Origin: Antedon mediterranea
Taxonomy: Eukaryota > Animalia > Echinodermata
Length of the DNA stretch: 64,000 nt
Direction of reading: 5' to 3'
Assembly (NCBI RefSeq): GCF_964355755.1
Contig: NC_092673.1
Coordinates: 22,193,648-22,257,647, forward strand
Part shown: positions 37,701 through 49,800 of the stretch, piece after piece
Position numbering within the stretch: the stretch's first letter is position 1
Layout: every line of letters starts with the position of its first letter
Notes under the pieces: model-generated
What the model saw: the letters and a program-made list of their open reading frames with translations, nothing else
What the model was told of the DNA's origin: nothing
Databases searched by the model: none
Position numbers and translations under genes: made by a program

Positions 37701-39127
37701 AGACTGACGCCATTCCAGAACCGGAACTGTCTATTTTGAAAACCCAGACGGACGACGTTAGTCAATACAACATATCGTCACAAACAAGAGAATTAGAAGA
37801 GATTGGTATCATTGAATCACTTAAAGCAAGACTACAGAATCTCCAAACAGATTACGATCATTTACGTAGGCAGTATAATAGTAAGCTTGAGGAGATGGAA
37901 GAAATACGCATGGAAATTAGTACGTACAATAGACCAACATCCAATCTTGTAACAATAACAGAAGAAACACCAACCTATACTTCTGGAACACAAACGAAGG
38001 AACTCACTGAAACGGACATTATTCGTAATCTTCAGAAAAGGTTATTTGATTTAGAGAAGGAACACAGTCGAATTGAGATCTTGTATGAGGAGAAAGTAAC
38101 AGAGATCAATACACTGACATTAGAGTTTCAACAAAATATAATGAATCTTGAAGGTCAGATTAAACAAGTACCTAATACGTCAAATGTCAAAGTTCAAGTT
38201 AGCCCTGACGCATATGATTCAGGTATTCAGACCTATGTTAAAACATCTGATCTCTGGACGTACACTGATGCTGGTAAGCAATATCCAGACTCATCTGACC
38301 TTCAAATCCAGGTGAACAAAGTTACCAGAGACGAAGGATCTTCGACAATCGAAACACCACGTTTTAACATTGGTGTCCAATGCTCACCGGCTACCAAGGA
38401 CGCTTCAGACTCAACTATACTTTCATTGTCAGATCTAGAAGAAATCGAAGAATTTGCTAGTCTGTATCATCAGAGAGAACAAACTGAAATCGTAACAAAG
38501 ACAGTTCGGTCAGAAACTCCTGAGCTGCCAGACAATACATTGTTTCTGAAGTACCTTGAGACATCCGGAAACCGAAGTGACGATGTTGTTACAGCTGCTG
38601 GTGTTCTTCTAAAGTCAGACAAGCCACACACTGTGTCTTTAGAATCGATGAGGTATATGGATGTTGAGACAAGCACAGATCAGTCATCAGGTGAATCATC
38701 TGGTTATTATTCAAATATGATAGACAGGAACGGATTAGGCGAAAGTAGTCATACAATGTCTTCACTCAAGTTTACCAGTTTACAAGACACGAGACAAGCA
38801 GATACTAATTATGGTAACAACAACGGGAATGGTTATTTTTCTAACAGAGACATGAATGGTGACAGCAGACAACATAACCCCTCAATGTCTGGGACCTATC
38901 TCTTTGACACTGAAAGAAGAACAACAAAACTCACAAGTACTCCTCAAAGTGAAGATCACGATTATTCGTTTGAAGTAAGCACTTCAAGTATGGGACGACC
39001 AAGCTTTGGGTCAAATGTTTCCGCCAGCTCTGATAGGCCAAGAAGATTCTTAAAATATGGAGTTACTGGTCAACAATATCATCCAGTGGTCGATTTGAGG
39101 TCACCTACCTACGTTCCAGGACCGTGA
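31723..39127 (+). CDS. Uncharacterised ~847-aa low-complexity/coiled-coil protein with multiple QT (LC8-type) motifs
   Basis: Exon 31723-31786 (MSESPEKQQQKKTSKTKAFKK-G|GTAAG) splices in frame to exon 36648-39127 (TTTGCAG|GA), which contains the 795-aa ORF. No recognisable globular domain. Confidence 0.8.
31827..33768. mobile_element. Non-autonomous DNA transposon with GG...CC ends and an 8-bp TSD (MULE- or Merlin-like)
   Basis: TSD CAATAAAG at 31819-31826 and 33769-33776. TIRs are built from tandem TTCGGCCACAGACA units at both ends in inverted orientation. Confidence 0.8.
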
Positions 39128-40812
39128 GTGATGTATCTAATATATTTGAAGTATGGCATAACTGGTCAGAAACCTTTTCAATGGATTTGTTTAATAAACA
39201 ATATTTTAAAAGAAAGCATCAAATTCGAACTTGGCCGTAGAGGTTAAATATTTATTTTTACTTCGATTCTAGTCTCATGTGCTGGATACAGTATCGGGTG
39301 ATTGATATTTGATAAGACATTATCCGCTGATGCATTTATTTATGAAAAAAGCACAATTACTTAATGGCAGTGGGAAAAGGTTAGGCCTTACATGGTGTCT
39401 TGAAACTACCGATTACCGCATAGTCAGTGAAAGAATTCCAGAAAACGTAGCGTTTAAGTGGAAAGCAAGCTTTGCTACTCAAATCCGAAAAAAAGTGAAA
39501 ACACTAAACAACCACAATGTAATTATTATTTTTTATAAAGGCTTAAATTGGTATTGAAATAAGTCTCATATTACATACTAGCCTATTAGTACAGTAGCAT
39601 TATTTACATAATATATTATAACCTTTTGTGTCAGGCCAATTGATGCAGTAAACTTTATAATAATAGTATAGTAGGTCTAATCAATAGTTTAGAAGTGATA
39701 ATAATAATAATAATATATAATTGTAAATATTACAGTAACCAAAATAATATCGCATACTACTAGCAACAAAATTGTATTATCTAAAACTAGAGCTGTTTTA
39801 TATTTAACCATAATTAAATAGCATGATTGGTGATTGGCATATATATAAATCTATAATATTTTATGGACTTTCACATTAACACGAATACTGAATTGTACTT
39901 TCGTTAGAAATGAACATTCGATTTGCATCACATTTTACTTTGTACATTATTATACATTGTTATATCATTTGCCAATTCTGTATAGGTGGATGTTTTGAAG
40001 TATAAAGAAGTAAATATCCTTCAATCTGCATAGATAGTTGAAAGATTGATACAATTTCAGCCACTATCTATCATCAAGATATTGTTAATAAATGGCATCG
40101 TTTGCTTAACAGTAGTGCCTTATTGTGCCGATTTCTTGGTTAATTTATCTTTAATATTAATGATGCTTAAACAATGATTATATACGGGGACTATAATCTT
40201 TCAAAATACTCAAAATCCACCTTCCGAACAGTATCATAGGTGGAGTATATTTTCTAAAAATTATTAAATAATAAAAGATATGACCAAAAAAGGATGTAAG
40301 GCCTTTTCTGATTTAATAGTCACTAGTGTTTGTGAACTATAGTTTCATCCGGCCTAAATAGGGAAGTTACTTTTTACTAAAATTGTATTATTAGAATGGC
40401 AGATGAATATGTATAAAGGCTACTAACATAAATATGTATTATAAGATGGTGGTATATGAATAAAACTTGGAAAACATTTTAAAAAGATGCGTTTTATTTT
40501 ACAATGAACTTTTTTTATTAATAGGTATAATTTTAATAAATATAGGCCTATCGGAGTTTTCTTTTTAGTTGGGTTGGAGATAAAGAGATACTCACAAAAA
40601 CTTACATAGACGTGTTAGCTTTCGAGACCCTATCGGTTTTTTAAAGTCCCCCGAAAATATTTGCAAGTTAACTTGTGACTTTTAAATGTTATGCAATGTT
40701 CCCAGCAAATAAAGATGTGGTTTAAAATGTGCCATAGACAACGTAAATGACATGCAGTCTGGTAAACTGTGTTTAACTTGTTGAAAACTCCGAATCAGCA
40801 TCAGTTCACACG

Positions 40813-42493
40813 TCACCCCAGCATGTCTACCGTAAAGTGATGAGTTGCAGGAATATTGTGGATTACAAAAGCAATCCTGTGTAGAAAAACAGCATAGAAT
40901 TGAATATTATTATTATTGTCACTCGTCTACTTTACCTTTAACATTCAGCAAATATGATGCAAAAAAGTGGCCTCTTCGTAGTTTTCATTTACTATCAAAC
41001 ATTCGCACCACACAGGCCAAATTTCACCACCATCACCATTCGTTTCATTGGGTGTATTTCACAACAAACATACACCACAACAATAAAGATGTATTTTCCC
41101 CGCAAAACATGGTGTATTAAAAAATGTTTTTAAATATTTTTGTTTTTTGTTTAGAGGAAAATAGGCCTATATCTTTGTTTTTCTATAAAATATTATATTT
41201 TCTTGAAGGAAGAAAAGAAATGGTCTGTTGAAAATAATTTGATTTACATTTTCTCTTCCAACTGCAGTTCTTCAGCGATGAATGCAAGCACAGCCGTTGA
41301 ATATTCCTTATTTCTTTCACTGGAATTAAACTCTCCATAAAGGTCGACATTCACAATGTTCCCTTCGGTAGTAGTCCCACCACCAAGACACATACGCAAT
41401 CCGTTATTGATTCGAACAGTAACAAACTATATAAAAAATGCCAAACAAAACTATAGTTTTATATTATATCCCATTAAACAAATGCACCGGCATAATGTCT
41501 GCATTTTATCACATTCTGACAGCAGCCAAGAAGACTCCTTGTAGTAATATTGTTTATTTTGTGTATGGAGTTTTGTCAAGACCATACATTAAAAACGAAG
41601 AATGATTTACTAGACGGCTGTCAGCATTGAGTAATTTAAATTGTTAGCTAGGCCTAACTGAAGACTAACCAAATATTCGGTGTGATCATATCACCGACAA
41701 ATTCTACATACTTGTCTGCCAAACAAAATTTAGAGCCGAAAAATTAACAACACACAATACTTCTCTAATGTTGAGAACAAGAAAAATCCTAACAGGTAAC
41801 ACAATATTATAACTGGCCTAAAGTTTTACTTACAAAGTATAGACAGACAAAATTTAATGTCTATGATGGCAGTGAAATGTATTTTTGTATGTAAAATGTT
41901 AAATCGAAATAAGTATTTTCCGAAAAATAGTTTTTTTGAAACAATGAGGCATTCGAAATATATAAATTGTGAACAATTAATTTTATACAGTACCAAAAAT
42001 AGTGCTCTACAGCAAAATATTCATAGAATACATTTTTTATATATTATATTGCAAACGTCAAATACTTATATTCGTTTTTAACAAGATATTCCATTAGACA
42101 TTGAATATATACCAATAAATAAATAAAATAATAGTAGAAAGGTTCAACAATTCAGAAAGTGGGTTTCCAAACTAAACGTTTTCATAGTGAACAATTTCAA
42201 CAAAAATCAACAATTCAACCAATGGTGTTTATACAATTGTGTTTGTGCTTAAATATTGATGCTCTCTGAAACAGCCGCCCTATGATATTAAATCTTTATT
42301 ATAATGTTTTTCAAAATAAAAAAAAAAAACCCAAAAGCTAAAATAATACAGCATTGCAGAGATGGCTGTTGCAAATACGATAGACACTTACCTTCTTATC
42401 AAGAAGCTTAGTAAGGAAATTCCTAAGTCTTTCCTGGAAGGAATCTGGAACGTTGTTTGCTGGTATATTAGTATCAATGACACAAAGAGGCAT
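40813..42493 (-). CDS. Macrophage migration inhibitory factor / D-dopachrome tautomerase family protein, 114 aa
   Basis: Minus-strand exons 42493-42392, 41426-41248 and 40876-40813 translate to MPLCVIDTNIPANNVPDSFQERLRNFLTKLLDKK|FVTVRINNGLRMCLGGGTTTEGNIVNVDLYGEFNSSERNKEYSTAVLAFIAEELQLEEKM|IAFVIHNIPATHHFTVDMLG*. It has the N-terminal Pro, TN(I/V)P, M.(F/L)GG and N..YS motifs, and the family's size and three-exon layout. Confidence 0.9.
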
Positions 42494-42684
42494 GTTTACC
42501 GTGACTACGTTATTCTATTATTCGTAGCTCAATTTAACCACAAAAGAAATATGCAGACGTCTTATACAGAAAGATAAATGCTTTTAACTGGTACGTTAGT
42601 TAAATTTAATCGTCCCTTCCCTGTTTATAATAACTGGTTGATTTAGATCTAATAATTTTAGGCTACATAATAATTATTTATTAA

Positions 42685-43212
42685 AGATGTATTGTCCCTT
42701 TGACTAATTCCAAAAAAAAAAAAAAAAGATGTTGAAAAAAGTGGGTCATTTTGAAGTATCATATAATAGTTATTAACTTTCACCAAAAAATAGTCGAAAA
42801 AAAAATCATTGAACTGAAATACAGACGTTTTTTTAGTTCAAAAAATAACAAAAAGTTTTCGATCAAAATCTCATAATGCAACGCGCTTACTTGGCTACTC
42901 TGTATGCACAATCATAAAACTTCCTCGCGATCTGTGTGAGAACACCTTCTCAACCGTGACGAGTTGTAAACAATCCTAATTAGCATCATGCATAATGCAT
43001 ACTCGTGGTTTAAATCTTTGTTTACTTTCGCTCGCGACGATTTTCCAGACGAAATGTAATCAAATTAATTTACCTGTTAATTACGTAAACTTGTTTTTTT
43101 GGCTCGAATTTTCGACTTAAGGTGAATAACTTTAATATTACTTTGATATGGTCAATTTAAATTTAGAATATTTTGACCTTCATTTTTTTGTGTTTCAAGG
43201 GACAATACATCT
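42685..43212. mobile_element. Kolobok-like non-autonomous element (TTAA TSD)
   Basis: TTAA|AGATGTATTGTCCCTT ... AAGGGACAATACATCT|TTAA. Purine-purine termini with TTAA fit Kolobok rather than piggyBac (CC termini). Confidence 0.8.
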
Positions 43213-43879
43213 TTAATATAAATTTTTTGAAACACATGTTTTGTAGTGTATAGTTTATAGGTAACATTACTTATTTTATTAAAACAATTGGTCCTAATCA
43301 TCTCATTGAGGCCTAATTTGTCTACGGTCTCTGGGGAAAAACTATATATAGAAATGATATAATAAATAAGCATTCTGTCATTGTTAATTTATAGGCCTAT
43401 CCTAGATTTTAATTTTTAAAATTGTTATTTTTATAATTTTATTCATTTGAAAATTAATCATTTATAAAAAAAGAAAATCGCATTAATTTGGCATTACGCG
43501 CAAAAACTGGACACTCATTACAGTGTAGTAGTACAATACATAATACATTTTGTAGGCCTAGGGCCTATATTAATCATTATTGAAGATGTGAACATTTTGA
43601 AAAAATTAAAAGAAATGAAATCAATCCTGAAAAATAGATGGCTCACTTTCCTTTTATTCACCTGCCACACTCTGTGTAATTTACTACATACACGTCATCT
43701 CGGCCGCATCAACAAAACAAAACACGGCAAGCTAGTATTATTACACATGCTCGCTCTATCCCCAAAAAACCAGTACAAGCAAGATTTTGTTGATAACTTT
43801 TAACACCATTCCATTGAATTGTTGTTGCCGCCGCCCCGCACCTAAGCCTGGCCTAAGGGACAAAAAGATGTAAATAATT

Positions 43880-46800
43880 ATGGCGAAAAAGAAATTACAT
43901 AGAACAACTATATTGCTGTTTGTTTTTCTCATATCAAGGTAGGCCTATATTTCCTTCTATTTTTGTTCAGCTAAAAGCTAGCCCAGCTAGAGGCTTAGAC
44001 TAGGTAGGCCTAGCCTAGTAGCTAGCCTATCTCCCGTCTATGTATGACATGTATGTTAGGTAGGCCTAGCTAGGCAGGATTAGGCTCCTGGCTAGTTAAG
44101 CTAGGCTAGCCTACACAGTACAGGCTAAAGTATCACACAGTGAGCAGAAGTCAACCTAGGCCTAGGCCTAGCTAGCCTACTAAAGTCTAAATGAGCCTAG
44201 GCCTAGTTTGGCCACTACCTAGGTAGGCGGTCCATTTTATTAATATATTTATAATATTGTTAAATACTGTTTATGTATCATGATGGAGCATGCGAATATG
44301 ATTAAACTGGTCGTTCTTACTTATTTTACCGCACACATGAAATGATTCTAGTTTTTTGTTGTGTTGAGTTCCAGGTCAACATTATTTAACTAAATTTTAA
44401 AATGACAATTTCAGACAAGGTTTGTTCATTTTACATCTCCCTGGTTTGTTTGAATAGAAAGTGTTCTATCTGTGTATACTTACTCTTCTCCTTCCTTTTT
44501 TAACCACATTTTCTCATTTCAGCTTCTTATTCAGTCTGTCACTATGTTCAGACCATGCAAGACAAAAAACTAGTGATGACCATGAACATGAGACAAAACA
44601 AAGTAAAGCACATATTCACCCAACGGTAAGCAAGTCCATTAATTATAGGTGGGGAGGGGAGAGGGTTCAATGTTTAAGTACTGTATTTATTCGAATAAAT
44701 GCCCCCACCCCCACCACCATTTCTTTTTTTAGTATAATTCATTGATTGATATGATCTACAATTTACGAAGCATTTTTACTGTATTTTATCACTTCTCAAT
44801 ATTAATTATGTTGTATTTTTTCATATCTATGTGGGGGTGGGGGGGGGGGTATTTATTTGATTATACATGTTACATATTACACCCCCGAATAAACCCCTCC
44901 CTCGAATCAACCAAAAAACCCACCTGAACAATACATTCTCAGGGGAGAATAAATATTGTATTTTTTTCAACCACTTACTCTATGCATTCAAAAACTGTTT
45001 TATAGTTACATCCCTAATTTACTAATTCAACATATTTATGATTTGATTGTTAGTGAAATACAAACTACAATTGATTTAATGTGTTAGTTTCTAATGCATC
45101 TGAAACTTTTCTGCCACATGTTTTATTGTATCTAAATTCGTCCAGCTGCATCATGTACTATAATTGCAATTTTGTTTTTCAAAACATCTCACATTTTGGT
45201 TTTCTAAATGTATTCATCAATTTGGCAAGGATAAAAAAAAGTCAGCTTTATTTGTTGTACAGTATAATTTTATAGTTTTTAATAAAAAAAATATTTCTAA
45301 AAATCAAATGGACATTAAAAAAATATATAATAGTATAAATAAATATTATATTTCATTTTAAAATTTAAACTAAAATTATATAATAAAAGGAGTTCCCTTA
45401 AAGTTGTTTGTCCTGGATCCAGGGTGCTTAAAAGTAAATGATGATGGATGTAAAAAATGTTGCTGGTTAACACTTAATTACTTCCTGTCTCTGTCCCACT
45501 CCCACACCAGTTATAACCAACTTGAGGTGCAGGACGCCTTAATTATTATTTGGTTTTTCTCTCAAATGTACTACTCTACGGTAGAGTTTACTTGAAATAA
45601 ATACTACCCTTTGAATTTTTTTTTAATACTAAAGTGTTCTAATACAATAAGTACCTTTGAAGTACAAGTTGTATAAACACACCTGTTGCATGAATTTTCC
45701 ACTGTGCATAATAATTCTGTTTACAGGGATGGTACTGTATAACAAGGGCGGGAAGTTGGTAAACTAGGTAAAATGTTCTTCTGTTTACCTGTCCTACAAT
45801 TCCATCTGGGTATGACTGTCACAGTACACAATTTCAGTGGCCTTGTAAAATGTGGCAATTAACGCAACAATAAGTAATTAATCAACAGTTTAATGAGTGT
45901 TACAATAATACTATTCAGTAATAATTTGTATGAATTTATAATTGTTTTTATAATTAAATTTGAATGAAAGTGTACTGTATTTTAATGAACCTTATTAGCA
46001 GATGTTTTATAGCTTGTGGGTGTCAGGCAGGTTCATCATATCTTGTAAATAATGGTACAGTAGACTATGTCCACAGGAATATCAAATAAATCTGGAAAGT
46101 GTTACTTCAGATATTACGTATTTGGTGATATTAGATACTTGTTTCTGCTGTTTCTCACATCAACCGATACTTTGATTTACAACTGAGATACCAAAATAAA
46201 AATGACTTTAAATTAAATTGAAAATGTAAATTTTGAAGGAAAGAATACTTAAAACCAGGTTGGAGTCTTCAAACAACATACCTAAATTGAACAGTCTGTA
46301 ACATTATACAGAATATGAATATTAACTATTGTACATTAAGTCATAATCATGGGGTCACATGTCACTTAAATTAATGTTAGTGAGTTGTTTGACTGACCGG
46401 CAAAAAATAATAATTGACTTATAAATCTGTATAACCCTGATAACGCAATAAATCAAGTTCCGTCGTACTATAAGTTGTTACTGAATAAGTTATGTCTGAA
46501 AAGTTACGTTTCATATTTTCTGATATGAATTTCCTGATGATTTCCTTATACGTAGAATATGAATAACCTTTGTAATTTATATTTTGACTATGATATTAAA
46601 ATCCAAGAATTATTATTTACTATGAGACTATGCTAAATGCATGTATTTTGTAAAAGGTGTAAAGTTGGATCTAACATTGAACATTATTATCCATATTAAA
46701 TTTTCAAAACTATACTTAAATAAAAAACTATACTATAAAATAATAATAAAATGTTTCCTGATTCTGTAAAATTCTTTTATTGACTTTCCCATCTGTTTGA

Positions 46801-49800
46801 TATCAGGAAACAAGATGTGAAATTTTAAGAAAACAGTTTTTTTTAACGCAGTATAAAAAGTATAATTTTTAAAAATCATTCATAGCAACAATAACTGATT
46901 TGGTAGATTTAAAATAATTATGTACTGTAAATATTATGAAACAAAACTGAAAGCATATTCTGACATACTGTAATTATTCTTTCATTTTGTATTATAAATT
47001 ATAGACTACTGTATACATTTAAATTTATTTGCGTGTACAATATTTCAAACTCATATCCACTACATATAACATGTAAACATGGTTTTAACTTCTAAATAGA
47101 AATGTTGAGAAATGATAAACTTTATTGTGCAGGTATTTTGCTATCTTTATTGTCTTCGCCCTCGATATAAAAACCATTATGAGGTCTTTCATGCCTGCTC
47201 AGATTCCGGCTTCTGCACATAAAATAGCGTCCCAATGTTTTGTTTTCATGACAATCCACGTCTATCATTATACTTGATATGCGCATAACCTTGTGGTGTG
47301 TCGTCAAAACGAAAATTGGCTAATGCTGTCACTCGAAATCTGACGCGAACTGAAGCTGAACCGGAGCAGGTGTGGAAAAGCTCTAAATTCATTACACACA
47401 TACAGTATATATTTGAACCTGCAGAGTGGGAAATATAGAGGGTAAGCTAAAGAGTGGGAAATATAGAGGGTAAGCTAAATGAAGCTGTTTGGTACAGTAT
47501 TTTCATATGCTGTACACCTGTTGACATCAGGTCTATGCTTATATTGAGGTTTCAGTTTAGTTTATTTCACACAACATATAATAAATACATTTGTAATGAT
47601 AAATATTAAATAATAAAATTTCACTGTGCATGGAGATTTCAATAAGCCATAATGGCTTGTGAGCCCACTTTGTAAACAAATCGATCTGCGCATGCGCAAG
47701 CATTTCGGAAAAACTTTAGTTACGTACGTCGAGAACCTTATTTCTGATAAATAGTGTCAGTGAAATGATAACCGAAGGGTATCGAAACATGGAAGAATCA
47801 TTAAATTTCCGCAAAATGATTAAGAAAACAAAAGTAAATTCAAGTTATGCTTTTAAGCCAAACAATAAGAATTGTTCATCGCAATATCCTACATATTTAT
47901 CACCCAATATTTTTTTGTATTTTGTATATTAATTTTTGTCCTCAGTGAGGAAATTCGGATTAGGCCCTCCACGGACCCACGGAAGCCAGCAGTGCAGCGC
48001 CTACCAGATTAGGCAATGAGAGTAAAGCATCTTGCCTAAGGATGCAATTAGTATGGTACAGATAACCTCGAACCCATGCCTATCACATGCTAGTCCGATA
48101 TTACCATTACACCATCACTCTCCAGTATATACAGCATCCGCCACGATTTCTAGACGGTCTCCCATCCAGAACGCAACCGGGCCCAATGTTGCTTAACTTC
48201 GGTGATCTGACGAGAACCGGTGTTTCAACGCAGTATGGCCGTATATATCTATATCAACCTAGTATCTACCCCCAATTTATTCCATGATTTATTTTAATAT
48301 GAGCGGTGTATGTTGCGTGCGACACATCCAATGCGTTCTACACTTTATGCAAAATGTTAAAATGTTGACATCATCCATTACAGTGAGTGTTTACCTGCGA
48401 AAGCTCCTTATAGTAATACACTTTGACTAGTCTTTCACTCAAAATTTTCGCCAAATTTAAGTTTTCTATTCTGTCATTATTATTTCATATTTACTATTAT
48501 TTCAATTATTTAAATTATTTTTTTATTAGATACACAGTGCTAAGAAACTTGAAGATAAAAACAAAGAAGTTGATGACAAAAAGGAAAGAAGAAGAGAAAA
48601 AGAAAGTACTAAATCTATCCCAGCAACCCCTACCTCATCCTCGTTGCCATCATATAACAAGTAAAGCGTGATGTTATTAGTATTTATCTTATGCTCAAAT
48701 ATCATGTCAATTGTTATCTATACAGATAAATTAAACACTAGGCAAATATTTACATTGTGAACATCCTGGTGGTTCTTATACAGATATTGCAAGTGAAATG
48801 TATTTTGTACTTCATCTCTCTATCTATGTCAATAGAGCCATAATTATTTCCAGAAGTCTTGATAACAATTTCTGTTAGTAAATTAAACATTTTGGTAGCT
48901 TTTCACAGGTCTCGTCGCGTAAACACATATTTATAAGCGTGCACACTTTTCCGAACTGTCAGTTCGGAAATTAATTAAAGAAAAAATATTTTTTAAGCTA
49001 TAATGAAATGACATTGGTACTATAATTACTGCAAATAATCAACAATAATTATATTTTTTATCAATTTATGATATGAAATTTTAAATACATAAAATTACAA
49101 TTTTTACTAATATAGTATTTATTATCAGGTCTGAAGCAAGTCTCCAAACTAGTCACAAGGATTCTATAAAAACACAAATAAGTAATAATACTCAACAAGT
49201 TAGTGACGAAGAAAATAAAACGTAAAGTACTATATTTATTATTATTTCCTTTTACCTTCTTCAGCCTAATAATATAATTGTTTAGTATTCTGAATTGTAT
49301 AATAGTGGACATAAAAAGGTGTACTCGCGTAAAACATTTTGATAATTTTAAAATAGAAAAGTTATATTTGTTTAGATTTTAGCAAAATGCCTGTCCCAGA
49401 CCAAGTATAACAAGCAGTTTTGTGGGGAAGAATTAAGACACCATTTCCCAATACAATTCCAGCCATTTTCATATCCCGGTGGGGGTGGGTGTATGCAGTA
49501 GGGAAAAAACAACCAGACAAACCCTATCTCTCTCTCTCTTAAGGTACTGTAATTCCTTTGTGTAATTTCCTCAAATTATTACTTTGTTTTTATGTTACAG
49601 AAAACAATCAGAAACTGCACTTGGTGGTGGAAGTAATAGTAAAGAGGATCTAAAATTTGGGAACCAAGAAGTGCTTGGCGGTACAGAACATAAAATAACA
49701 AATGGGAACCAAGAAGTGCTTGGTACTGAAGGTAAAATAACTAATGGGAACCAAGAAGTGCTTAGTGGTACAGAAAAAAACAAAAAACCAAATGGGAACC

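Noticed and set aside
36740-39127. Assignment of the orphan protein to KANK or another named gene
   Set aside because: It shares only QT motifs and coiled coils; no KN motif or ankyrin repeats are visible.
45435-45560. ATGATGA as a possible C/D snoRNA box C in a SUCO intron
   Set aside because: No suitably placed CTGA box D or terminal stem.
48130-48243. Functional 5S rRNA gene
   Set aside because: Single intronic copy with missing terminal bases, substitutions in the 3' half and no oligo-T terminator.
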